This document shows positions 1 through 9,372 of a stretch of DNA of 64,000 nucleotides, in pieces (within the stretch, counting starts at the first letter, position 1; the number at the start of each line of letters is the position of its first letter). The notes beneath the pieces are model-generated. The model worked only from the letters and a program-made list of their open reading frames with translations, had not been told where the DNA came from and made no database searches. The DNA comes from an uncultured Desulfosarcina sp. (GTDB lineage: Bacteria > Desulfobacterota > Desulfobacteria > Desulfobacterales > Desulfosarcinaceae), in the NCBI GenBank assembly GCA_963674945.2, contig CAXXWQ010000003.1, positions 992,001 through 1,056,000 on the forward strand, written 5' to 3'. The position numbers and the translations under genes were made by a program.

Positions 1-201
1 ACGGAAACGCACGTGAACCTGATTTCCGGTCAATGGCACATCTATTTCAGGGCGCATTTTCAAGACAGTGAGCACCTGCAGAACTTCTTGTTAAACACGC
101 TGGCGGGCATACCGGGCGTCGTAGCATATGATGTTGTTCATCTGGTAAGAACAGTGAAATTCTCCGTGAAATACTCCTTCAGCCCCCTCGACCTGGCATA
201 G
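1..201 (+). CDS. Lrp/AsnC family regulator, C-terminal part (5' end outside window)
   Basis: Open from base 1. VNLISGQWHIYFRAHFQD...LAGIPGVVAYDVVH closely parallels the C-terminal domain of the Lrp protein at 48333-49262 (VSLITGHWHIYFRTMFQD...LPLIAGVMEFEVLH). Confidence 0.8.
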   Translation, partial: TETHVNLISGQWHIYFRAHFQDSEHLQNFLLNTLAGIPGVVAYDVVHLVRTVKFSVKYSFSPLDLA

Positions 202-243
202 CATGCATATTCGCAAATCGTTATACGAAGAAAGATTGCGGAA

Positions 244-711
244 ATGACACCCGCGATAAAAACGGCAAAAAAGGCGAAAGTTGAATTTCATGTTCACAAA
301 TATGAACATGCCCCGTCATCTTCCTCCTATGGAGAAGAAGCAGCAAGTAAATTGGGCATTGATACGGACAGGGTCTTCAAGACACTCGTTGTGGCGATCG
401 GTGACAGGGATTTTGCCGTCGCGGTTCTCCCGGTTTCCAGGCAACTGGACGTAAGGCGGTATGCCAGGGCCGTTGGCGTAAAAAAAGTGATTATGGCAAA
501 CAAGAAGGACGTAGAAAAAATTACCGGCTATGTTCTCGGCGGCGTGAGCCCCATTGGCCAGAACAAACGCCTCGTGACCATCATCGATGGATCGGCGAAT
601 AAATTTGATACTATATTTGTAAGTGCCGGCAGAAGGGGCCTCGAGATCGAACTCTCCCCAAAGGATTTATGCTTGTTGACGTCAGGAAGTCTTATGGATA
701 TTTGCAAATGA
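244..711 (+). CDS. ybaK: Cys-tRNA(Pro) deacylase YbaK
   Basis: MTPAI start, VFKTLVV, TGYVLGGVSPIGQ and VSAGRRGLEIEL motifs. Confidence 0.95.
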   Translation: MTPAIKTAKKAKVEFHVHKYEHAPSSSSYGEEAASKLGIDTDRVFKTLVVAIGDRDFAVAVLPVSRQLDVRRYARAVGVKKVIMANKKDVEKITGYVLGGVSPIGQNKRLVTIIDGSANKFDTIFVSAGRRGLEIELSPKDLCLLTSGSLMDICK

Positions 712-946
712 ACGGCATCCACGATTACTTCAAGAACTTGCGTTCTCCCTACTTATGAGTGTCATTCTTAATACTTTCGGGCCACCGTTGGCCTGGAAAA
801 GCTTTTTAAAAACCACACTTTGTAAAGATTTTCCACATCTTTTCTCCACATTCTAATGATATTGCAACAATTGGAATAAACAACAGGGTAATCCCGTTTC
901 GAATCCATCGGGAGTAACGATTTTCAATGGGACGGACGGCCTCGTA

Positions 947-1723
947 ATGGAACGGTATGAGATGAAATACACGATTCCACGGTCGCTGATCCGGCCCATA
1001 ACCGATTTCGTGTCGGTCTACTGCAGGAAAGATCCCCACTCCCAGGCATCGAGAACGGGTTTTTACCGGGTGAACAATCTCTATCTGGATTCGCCGGGAT
1101 ATCTTCTCATGCGCATGCGAAGGGAAGGCGCTGAAAACCGGTTCAATATCCGGATCCGATCTTACGGCGACACCCCCAAACGGCCCTACTTTCTTGAAAT
1201 CAAGCAGAAATGGAATCAGGTGATCCGCAAATACCGGTCTCGCGTGACAGATCCGGACTGGCATCGGACATACACCCAGCCGGGATGCCAGAGCATAGAA
1301 CCCGATGCCGGCGATCGGGAGATCCAAAACCGCGAACGGTTTGATCGGATGATCTACACCTACAATGCGGAGCCGAAGATATTCACCCAGTACAAACGGC
1401 TGGCCTGGGTCAGCGAGGTGGACACCTACGCCCGGGTAACCTTCGATGTCAATCTTCGGTATATGGCGGCCAACGGATATCACCTTGTTCCCAGGGAAGA
1501 AGATCTTGTCTCCTGTGACGCACAAACCTGCTTCGATCCGGGATGCAGCGTAATTCTGGAGTTAAAGTGCCATGCGTCGGCCGTTCCTTTCTGGATGCTC
1601 GATCTGATTCGACGCTTCGAGCTGAGACGTCGCAGCTTTTCAAAATATCTCAACGGCGCCGAAGCGCTCTTCGGGCGTCGTTGCGGGGAAGCAATCGGCC
1701 GGGTTTCCGTGTTTTGCGCATAG
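947..1723 (+). CDS. VTC / polyphosphate polymerase domain protein (CYTH-like)
   Basis: RYEMKY, NLYLDS, RIRSY, FLEIKQK, RVTFD, ILELK and FSKY motifs; lies upstream of DUF4956. Confidence 0.9.
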   Translation: MERYEMKYTIPRSLIRPITDFVSVYCRKDPHSQASRTGFYRVNNLYLDSPGYLLMRMRREGAENRFNIRIRSYGDTPKRPYFLEIKQKWNQVIRKYRSRVTDPDWHRTYTQPGCQSIEPDAGDREIQNRERFDRMIYTYNAEPKIFTQYKRLAWVSEVDTYARVTFDVNLRYMAANGYHLVPREEDLVSCDAQTCFDPGCSVILELKCHASAVPFWMLDLIRRFELRRRSFSKYLNGAEALFGRRCGEAIGRVSVFCA

Positions 1724-1779
1724 CCGAACCCCGTAGCGTCGAGGACCATCGTAACAAGCCAAACCGGAGGAAACAAAAT

Positions 1780-2463
1780 ATGCTCGATTCTCTCGCCTTT
1801 AACGTGGCGGCGCCCCATACGGAATGGGTGCATGCCATCTATATCGTTCTCATGGCTTTTTTGCTTTCCACACTGGTGGGTGCCACCTATGTGAAAACGT
1901 TCCAGGGTCTTTCTTTTTCCCGCAATTATGTGCAGGCCGTGATACTGGCGTCCATCGTGTCGGCCATGGTCATGCTCGCCATCGGCGACAGTCTGGCAAG
2001 GGGACTGGGGATGATCGGCGCCCTTGCTATTGTCCGGTTCAGGACCAACTTCAAGGACGCCAAGGATATCCTCTTCATGTTCGCTTCCCTTGCCGCCGGC
2101 ATCGGTTGCGGCGTGGGCGCTTACAAGGCGGCCACGGTCGGCACCATCGGATTCGTGATTACATCGATCATCCTCTATCTCTCTCCCATGGGGCAGACAC
2201 GCATGTTCGACGGCATACTACGGTTCAATTGCACAAACAATGCAGATCAGCAGTCCATTTTGGAGAAAATCCTGCGCACCCACTGCAAGACCTTTGTCCT
2301 GGTCACGTTGCGGGACATGCAGCAAGGGGAAAGGCTCGATTACGCCTATCAGGTGAAACTCAAAAAAGGACGCGATTCTCAACTGGTTTCCGTTCTTTCC
2401 ACACAACTTCCCTCGGTTCAGGGGATCAGTCTGATGCTGCAAGAGGCGACCGTGGAATTGTGA
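1780..2463 (+). CDS. DUF4956 membrane protein
   Basis: GGAGG RBS before ATG 1780; SLARGLGMIGALAIVRFRT motif; several TM segments. Confidence 0.9.
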   Translation: MLDSLAFNVAAPHTEWVHAIYIVLMAFLLSTLVGATYVKTFQGLSFSRNYVQAVILASIVSAMVMLAIGDSLARGLGMIGALAIVRFRTNFKDAKDILFMFASLAAGIGCGVGAYKAATVGTIGFVITSIILYLSPMGQTRMFDGILRFNCTNNADQQSILEKILRTHCKTFVLVTLRDMQQGERLDYAYQVKLKKGRDSQLVSVLSTQLPSVQGISLMLQEATVEL

Positions 2464-2509
2464 TGTGCTTCACATCGCAGACAAATTCAACAACCGGAGG
2501 GCTTTACTC

Positions 2510-4285
2510 ATGAAAAAGCGCGCATGGATTCCCTTTCTATGTATTTGCATGATTTTGATGCTTCTCATCGCTTGCGGCGGCGGTTCCTCAGCAGACGGCG
2601 GATCGGACACCGGTGTGAGTTCCGGTGATACGACAGATGAGGACAACGATACCTCGGACGATTCCGACGATGATGAGACGGATTTGCCGGATCATGATGA
2701 TGATGACGACTATATCTGGGATGATGACGATGTGGTCAACGTAACGCTGAACGGGGATTCGGTCACCATCGACGGCAGCGGCGCCACGGCTGCCGAAAGC
2801 GTTGTCACGGTCTCTTCCGCGGGTGCCTACCAGTTCAGCGGTAATCTGAGTAACGGCATGATCAAGGTGGATACCGAAGATGAAGAGAAGGTCGTCCTTA
2901 TCTTGGACGGCGTGGACATCACCTGTTCGTACCAGGCGCCCATCCAGGTACTTTCGGCGGAAAAGACCGTGATCGTCCTGGCCGACGGATCGGATAACTA
3001 TATTACGGACGGTTCGAGCTACACCTTCGATGACCCGGAAGAAGACGAGCCTAATGCTGCGGTTTTCAGCAAGGATGACCTGATCCTTTACGGCGACGGC
3101 AATCTTACCGTCATGGCAAGTTACAACGACGGGATCGCCGGCAAAGACGGGCTCATCATCTACTGCGGGGGAACCATCACCATCGATGCCGTGGATGATG
3201 GCATCCGTGGCAAGGACTATCTGGTGGTCAAAGATGGGATGTTGATGATCGACGCGGATGGGGACGGGCTGAAATCGGATAATGACGAGGACGAGGGCGC
3301 GGGATATATCAAGATTACAGGCGGAACGTTGGACATCACCGCCGGTGCAGACGCCATCCAGGCGGCATCCGATGTCCAGATCGAAGACGGCACCTTTTCC
3401 TTGACGACCGGCGGAGGGAGCAGTTACACGATCGGCGATTTTGATTCGTCGGCCAAGGGGATCAAGGCGTCAGCATCAATATCGATAATCGGCGGGGATT
3501 TCACCATCAGCTCCGCGGACGACTGCATCCACGCCAACGACACCATCCATATCTACGGTGGGAGTTTTCTCCTCTCTTCCGGAGACGATGGAATCCATGC
3601 CGATACCCAGATCGAGATCGACTACGCCGACTTGGAAATCACCAAGTCCTATGAAGGGATCGAAAGCGCGCTGATTACCATCAATGACGGAAATTTCATC
3701 ATCGTTTCCAGCGATGACGGCCTGAACGTGGCAGGCGGAAACGATGATTCGGCCAGTAACGGACGCCCCGGACAGGGCGATTTTAATTCTTCCGATGGGG
3801 ATGCCCTTTATATCAACGGCGGATTCTTCGCCATCACATCGGCGGGTGACGGCTTGGATGCCAACGGGTTCATCGAGATGACCGGCGGAACGGTGCTGGT
3901 TCACGGTCCCACGTCCGATGCCGACGGCGCCATCGATTATGACGAGTACTTCAAGATCTCCGGTGGATTACTCGTAGCCGCCGGTAGTTCAGGTATGGCC
4001 ATGGGACCGAGCAACGATTCGAGCCAAGGCTCCGCCCTGCTCACATTCAACACCCGTCAGGCGGGAACCCTGATCCATATCCAATCCGGATCCGGTGCGT
4101 CGTTGCTGACCTTTGCCCCTTCCAAGGCATATGAATCGCTGGCTTTCTCGTCTCCGGACCTTATCAGCGGGGGAACCTATGATGTGTACTTCGGTGGCAC
4201 CTGTACCGGTACAGAAACCTACGGCCTTTACACCGGCGGCACATACTCCGGCGGAACCCGGGCGGGCTCGTTTACGGCCCGCTGA
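2510..4285 (+). CDS. DUF4353 (Cthe_2159-like) beta-helix carbohydrate-binding lipoprotein
   Basis: GGAGG RBS; LIAC lipobox; Asp-rich linker; repeated DGI / DAI beta-helix rungs; AAVFSKDDL, SYEGIE, GDGLDANG. Confidence 0.88.
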   Translation: MKKRAWIPFLCICMILMLLIACGGGSSADGGSDTGVSSGDTTDEDNDTSDDSDDDETDLPDHDDDDDYIWDDDDVVNVTLNGDSVTIDGSGATAAESVVTVSSAGAYQFSGNLSNGMIKVDTEDEEKVVLILDGVDITCSYQAPIQVLSAEKTVIVLADGSDNYITDGSSYTFDDPEEDEPNAAVFSKDDLILYGDGNLTVMASYNDGIAGKDGLIIYCGGTITIDAVDDGIRGKDYLVVKDGMLMIDADGDGLKSDNDEDEGAGYIKITGGTLDITAGADAIQAASDVQIEDGTFSLTTGGGSSYTIGDFDSSAKGIKASASISIIGGDFTISSADDCIHANDTIHIYGGSFLLSSGDDGIHADTQIEIDYADLEITKSYEGIESALITINDGNFIIVSSDDGLNVAGGNDDSASNGRPGQGDFNSSDGDALYINGGFFAITSAGDGLDANGFIEMTGGTVLVHGPTSDADGAIDYDEYFKISGGLLVAAGSSGMAMGPSNDSSQGSALLTFNTRQAGTLIHIQSGSGASLLTFAPSKAYESLAFSSPDLISGGTYDVYFGGTCTGTETYGLYTGGTYSGGTRAGSFTAR

Positions 4286-4398
4286 CGAAAGCTGCCGGGC
4301 GCCGCAAGCATCATCGGCGCCCGGAGTACATTACTCCATATTGAATTCGTACCTCTTACAAGACATCCGTTTTTCATCGTAAAGGAGGTCTTTGTCCA

Positions 4399-6132
4399 AT
4401 GAAAAAACACACCGCATTGGCGGCAACGATGCTTATCGTTCTGGCTGCTTTGCACCCGCACATCGATACTGCATCGGCAGGGACAATCATCCCGACATCC
4501 GAACAAACCGACGAACAAACGTCTGCCAAGGCGTTGCCGGCGTTGACATTGCTTTTGCTGGACAGTGCCAACAGCAACAACGGAAACACTATCACCTTTA
4601 ACGGCGATTCCATTGCGGTCAAAGGGAGCGGCGTTACCGTAAACGGCAGTGTCGCCACCATCAACGCGGCGGACACATACAGCGTCGGCGGCACCCTCGA
4701 CGATGGACAACTGGTGGTCGATACCGATGACGAGGAGAGTGTAACACTCGTCTTTAACGGTGTGGATATCACCAATACAAGCGGTGCGCCGCTTTTCGTC
4801 AGCAGTGCCGAAAAGACGGTGATTGTCCTTACCGCGGGAACGCAAAACACACTCACCGATGGTGAGGAGTATGTTTTCCCCGAGGGAGAAGATGAGCCGG
4901 ATGCGGCGCTTTTCAGCAAAGACGATCTCGTCATCGAGGGCGAAGGCGCCTTGACGGTGAATGCCAACTATAAAAACGGCATCACGAGCAAAGACGATCT
5001 GGAAATAAAAAATGGCACCATCACCGTCACGGCGGCCAATCATGCCATCAAGGGTAAAAATTCCATTACCATCGAAGGGGGCACATTCACACTTGTCGCC
5101 GGAAGCGACGGGATGCAATCCGACGAGGATGAGGACGAGGATAAGGGCTTTATCAACATTTCCGGCGGCACCTTTGCCATCACCGCCGCCAACGACGGGA
5201 TACAGGCCGAGACGACGCTTGCCGTCAGCAGCGGTGATTTTACCATCGTGGCCTGCGGCGGCAGCAGCGTTACCACGGAAGATAGCGCCAAGGGGCTGAA
5301 AGCCGGTGTGATGGTTAACGTTTCCGGCGGCACCTTTGCCATCGATACCGCCGACGACGCCGTTCATTCCGATGCCGACATCACCATCGAGAGCGGCACA
5401 TTTACGCTGGCAACCGCCGACGACGCAATTCACGCCGACGGCACGGTAACGATCAACGGCGGTGACATCACCGTTACGAAGAGCTACGAGGGCATCGAAG
5501 GGGTGGCGATCGTCATCAACGACGGCGACATACGCCTGACCGCCGACGATGACGGCATCAATGTCGCAGGGGGCAACGACGACCCGGCTGATGGAGATGG
5601 GTACTATCTTGCAATCAACGGCGGTACCATCGTGGTGAATGCATCGGGCGATGGATTGGACGCCAACGGTGACATCACCATGACCGGCGGGACGGTTTTG
5701 GTAAACGGCCCCACCGTCAGCAACAACGGTGCTTTGGATTGCGACGGATCTTTTACCTTAACCGGGGGCTTTCTGGTAGCTGCGGGCAGTTCCGGCATGG
5801 CGCAGTCGCCAAGCACGTCCTCGACGCAATATTGTGTGCTGGTCAATCTCTCTTCCGCCCAACCGGCGGATACACTGTTCCATATTCAAACCCGGACAGG
5901 CGAAGCAGTACTCACCTTTGCACCCGCGAAAACATACCAGTCGGTCGCATTCTCCCTCTCCTCGCTGACAAACGGCACCACCTATGCCGTTTACACCGGC
6001 GGCAGTTCCACCGGTACCGTTTCCGATGGCCTCTATACGGGCGGAACGTACACGCCCGGTACGCAGGTCGCCGGCTTCACGATCACGAGTATTGTCACTA
6101 CGGTCGGCGGGTCGGGCCCCCCTGGCTGGTAA
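4399..6132 (+). CDS. Second DUF4353 beta-helix protein (exported paralog)
   Basis: AGGAGG RBS; signal peptide; colinear with 2510-4285 (AALFSKDDL, SYEGIE, GDGLDANG, VAAGSSGMA). Confidence 0.88.
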   Translation: MKKHTALAATMLIVLAALHPHIDTASAGTIIPTSEQTDEQTSAKALPALTLLLLDSANSNNGNTITFNGDSIAVKGSGVTVNGSVATINAADTYSVGGTLDDGQLVVDTDDEESVTLVFNGVDITNTSGAPLFVSSAEKTVIVLTAGTQNTLTDGEEYVFPEGEDEPDAALFSKDDLVIEGEGALTVNANYKNGITSKDDLEIKNGTITVTAANHAIKGKNSITIEGGTFTLVAGSDGMQSDEDEDEDKGFINISGGTFAITAANDGIQAETTLAVSSGDFTIVACGGSSVTTEDSAKGLKAGVMVNVSGGTFAIDTADDAVHSDADITIESGTFTLATADDAIHADGTVTINGGDITVTKSYEGIEGVAIVINDGDIRLTADDDGINVAGGNDDPADGDGYYLAINGGTIVVNASGDGLDANGDITMTGGTVLVNGPTVSNNGALDCDGSFTLTGGFLVAAGSSGMAQSPSTSSTQYCVLVNLSSAQPADTLFHIQTRTGEAVLTFAPAKTYQSVAFSLSSLTNGTTYAVYTGGSSTGTVSDGLYTGGTYTPGTQVAGFTITSIVTTVGGSGPPGW

Positions 6133-6164
6133 AAACCTTCATCGAAATAGAAAGAAAAACGAAA

Positions 6165-6186
6165 GGGGTAGCCGTTCGGCTACCCC
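6165..6186. terminator. Hairpin between convergent genes, probable terminator
   Basis: GGGGTAGCCG-TT-CGGCTACCCC. The A-rich run on its left gives a U-tract on the minus strand. Confidence 0.65.
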
Positions 6187-6255
6187 CTCCCCCACACTAC
6201 CCGGCATACGTCTCATTTACCAAATCGCTCCGGCTGGTGATGATTAAGATAGCAA

Positions 6256-8709
6256 CTACTGCAACGCATAGTAGGGAACGCGACCCTTGTAGATTCTGGA
6301 AATCATGCCTTCATTGGAAAGATCCTTCAGACAATGCAGAACACGCTGCTTTTCCTCCTTGATGGATGCCACGATCTCATTTAATCCGAGTACTTTTGCC
6401 TCGTTGCGAAGGTGATTGACGACACGGGTCCGCAAGAATTCATCCATCACCACATCCGTGAACGTCTCGTCAAAAGCCAGCGCATTTCGTGGATCCGAAG
6501 GATAAGTGGTTTCCCAGGGACGCCGCAGGCTTGCCCCCAGTACCCACCGGACCCGTGAATTGTTGAGGGTGTCGTAGACATCTCGGATTTTCGCCTTCAT
6601 GTCGTTGTCCCGTTCGATGGGGCCGAGTTCATCCATCAGGGCCACAAAGCGGTTCACGGCCCTGACCAGTTGTTCCGGTTTGTTCAGGTCGATATGGGCA
6701 AGGGCAATCCGGTCCCTCTCCAGGCCGATGAGGGTGAAAAGCTTTTTGACCAACACCACCCTGCTCCATGTATGATCCAGTCCATAACTGTGATGACACT
6801 CTTCCGCCGGACACCCCAAGAGAAGCAATCCATTGGCACCATCCAGAAACGCCCGCCCCATGACGATTGGATCGAGCTGACCGATACAGTCCACGGGAAG
6901 AAGGTGAAAGCGTTCATTGTATCGCATACCGCGGACACCCGCGTTATCCGCCGCGGCGCCCCCGCCCCAGCGGCACCCGAAACCCATGACTTCATCGTCC
7001 GCAAGGCGGGTGGCCAATGCGTTCACCCGGGCCTCTCTCTGGGTCGTGGTATTGTTCTGGAGTGAAATGGCATGGTAGGGGCACGCCGCCGCGCAGGTCC
7101 CCCCTCCCGTGCAGGTCATGGGATCCACGACACGGGGAATATTCCCTCCCGGCCCCTCCACCGGTTCGATACCGCCACAGTCGCAGATTTCCTTGCACAA
7201 TCCGCACCCGATGCACTTTTCCGGATCCACCGTGCAGACCATGCGTGGCGCAAAGAGTTCTCCTGCACGTGATTTTTTTATGATCTCTGCGGTCTTCTGG
7301 GCCGCTCGCCGGCCCTGCCGCAGGCTTTCCCTCAGGTCGCAGGGGTTTCGTGCCGACCCGGCAAGAAATTTTTCTTCCATGCCTACCTGTTCGGGCCTTA
7401 CCATCTGGGGATTGCGTTCTAGAAAATCGTCTTCATGGATATCCAGGCCCAGGATCTTGGCAACCTTGAGTTGTTCCACCCCCGGGTGCCGTTTGGGGGA
7501 AAGCACGAGTTGATCCCAGGAAAGTTCCCGCTCAATCTGGCTGTCCGGTTCGTCGTAGGTAATATAACCGTCTTGAACCGTTGGCCGCACTTCTCCGTCG
7601 TATGGAATCCACTGGATCTTCAACTTCCTTGCCAGAACACGTTCCGCAGCACTCAAGGGCAGGGAAGCCTTGTCGTTGAATAAAATGGTGACATCGCAGA
7701 ACGCGTTGTTCTCCCTCATGAAGACCGCCATGTTCCAGGCTGTCCGTGCGGAAAGATGTGCGTAGGAACGATCCGCTTCGAAGTCGTTGATCCAGAACAC
7801 GATTCGATGGCCGGGGACGCCGTGGAGCCAGATGTGCTCCTCCATCTCGGTATGGCAGAGGACCCGCCTTCCGTCGTGGCTGAAATCATTCCCCTGGTTG
7901 AGCATCTCTCCGTCCAGGGCGGCGATGATTGCACCGGCCTTGTAAATCCGGGGCAGTTCACTTCCCTCGGATGAAAACGTCACCGCGTAATCGCCCACGG
8001 ACCCCATGACCTGCTCCAACTCGCCCACGGTGATATGCTTGATGAGAGGGCTTGAATCCACCTCTTCCATGATCTTCATGAGGCGGTCATGGTAGGCCCG
8101 TTCCCCCGGATACCGTTCGTGAAGGATCCGGATTTCGTCCTCGATATCCTCGGTCTGAAGGGCCATCAGTGCTTCGATTCCCTCCCGCGCAAACTCTTGG
8201 GCCGCAGAATAGGTCGCAATCCCGCCGCCAAGAATCATCACCGGACCCTGGATGTCCACCTTTTGCACCGTTGATGGCACCAACGCCTTCAACCCGGCGG
8301 CCGAGGCAACGATCAGCTTTGCCGCTTTTTCCGCCAGCGCCTTGGAATCCCCCTCGTTGACCGAGGCAACATGGCCCCTGATGTTGACGACATCGATCTG
8401 TCCTTCGGCCAACCCCATCTCTTCGAGTTCCTTTTCGAACTTTGAAAGCATGATCCGTCGTTCACACCCGGCCACGATCAACCGGTCCAGTTTCTGACGT
8501 TTCACTGCCTTTCGGATTTCGGTCAAACCAGGCAGGGTACAGGAGTAAGGCAGAATCTGGACGGCATCCACTTCCGGGGCGGCCTTTACGATCTTTTTCA
8601 GATGAGCGAGGTCCACGTTCCCGTCTATCTTTCCTCCGCACTCGCACAGGAAAACCCCAAGTTTGGCGCCGTTCACGGTCGCCTTTGTTGCAGTCGTCTT
8701 TTTCTTCAT
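6256..8709 (-). CDS. HdrA-like / MvhD fusion (QmoB/BamE-F-like) with ferredoxin domain and C-terminal winged helix
   Basis: GVFLCECGG, VAGC and VNIRGH of the HdrA N-terminus; 2x[4Fe-4S] (CIGCGLC, CTGGGTCAAACP); MvhD-like GCRW / DCIG / GCPAEECH; GGAGG RBS before ATG 8709. Confidence 0.85.
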   Translation of the reverse strand: MKKKTTATKATVNGAKLGVFLCECGGKIDGNVDLAHLKKIVKAAPEVDAVQILPYSCTLPGLTEIRKAVKRQKLDRLIVAGCERRIMLSKFEKELEEMGLAEGQIDVVNIRGHVASVNEGDSKALAEKAAKLIVASAAGLKALVPSTVQKVDIQGPVMILGGGIATYSAAQEFAREGIEALMALQTEDIEDEIRILHERYPGERAYHDRLMKIMEEVDSSPLIKHITVGELEQVMGSVGDYAVTFSSEGSELPRIYKAGAIIAALDGEMLNQGNDFSHDGRRVLCHTEMEEHIWLHGVPGHRIVFWINDFEADRSYAHLSARTAWNMAVFMRENNAFCDVTILFNDKASLPLSAAERVLARKLKIQWIPYDGEVRPTVQDGYITYDEPDSQIERELSWDQLVLSPKRHPGVEQLKVAKILGLDIHEDDFLERNPQMVRPEQVGMEEKFLAGSARNPCDLRESLRQGRRAAQKTAEIIKKSRAGELFAPRMVCTVDPEKCIGCGLCKEICDCGGIEPVEGPGGNIPRVVDPMTCTGGGTCAAACPYHAISLQNNTTTQREARVNALATRLADDEVMGFGCRWGGGAAADNAGVRGMRYNERFHLLPVDCIGQLDPIVMGRAFLDGANGLLLLGCPAEECHHSYGLDHTWSRVVLVKKLFTLIGLERDRIALAHIDLNKPEQLVRAVNRFVALMDELGPIERDNDMKAKIRDVYDTLNNSRVRWVLGASLRRPWETTYPSDPRNALAFDETFTDVVMDEFLRTRVVNHLRNEAKVLGLNEIVASIKEEKQRVLHCLKDLSNEGMISRIYKGRVPYYALQ

Positions 8710-8722
8710 CGTCTTTCCTCCT

Positions 8723-9361
8723 TCAGTGGGCGAACCCGCCGCCTGTGCGTTGTGCGACATCACCACGAACCTTGTCGAGACGGGCTTGCATGGCACCCGT
8801 GGGGCAGACCGTGACACAGGCGCCACAGGCGATACAGGCCTGATTGGGAATCATATAGGGCGTGGCGACATGTTTATGGACGCCCCGTGAACCGAACGAT
8901 ATGGCCCGAACGCCAACGACCTCCTGGCAAACGCGGACACACAGGCCGCACAAAAGGCATTCCTCTTCCGGGTTCTCCACCGTAAACCGGGTTTTTTGCA
9001 CCCCGTACTCGGCTGCAAGCTTCTGGACTTCCCTGGATGCGGGACACTCGGCAAGGAGCATCTCCAGTATCCAGCGGCGCACGTTTCGTACACGCTCGGA
9101 GTCCGTCTCGATCGTAAGGCCCTCTTCCGCCGGATACATGCAGGAGATGACCACTTTGGACCTGTCTCCCTGCTTGGCTTCCACCACACAAAGCCGGCAC
9201 GCCCCGCTGGGCTTGACGGCTTCATGGTAACAAAGGGTGGGGATGGGGATATGATAATGTCTGGCCGTCTCCAGGACGGTCCAGCCCTCTTCGGCCTCGA
9301 CCGGCTTTCCATTAATGGTGAAACGGATTTTACCGTCGTTCTTTTTATTTTCTTTGCTCAT
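8723..9361 (-). CDS. NuoG-N / HoxU-like Fe-S subunit ([2Fe-2S] + [4Fe-4S])
   Basis: IPTLC, GACRLCVVE, CLLCGLCVRVC and CIACGACVTVCP motifs; no catalytic domain. Confidence 0.9.
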   Translation of the reverse strand: MSKENKKNDGKIRFTINGKPVEAEEGWTVLETARHYHIPIPTLCYHEAVKPSGACRLCVVEAKQGDRSKVVISCMYPAEEGLTIETDSERVRNVRRWILEMLLAECPASREVQKLAAEYGVQKTRFTVENPEEECLLCGLCVRVCQEVVGVRAISFGSRGVHKHVATPYMIPNQACIACGACVTVCPTGAMQARLDKVRGDVAQRTGGGFAH

Positions 9362-9372
9362 GATAATCCTCG

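Noticed and set aside
811..852. Three CCACA direct repeats upstream of the VTC gene as a possible Pho box
   Set aside because: Spacings are 20 and 13 nt, not the 11-nt period expected, and the match to the consensus is poor.
2628..2732. GAT/GAC-rich tandem-like tract
   Set aside because: It encodes the Asp-rich linker of the lipoprotein and is not an independent repeat.
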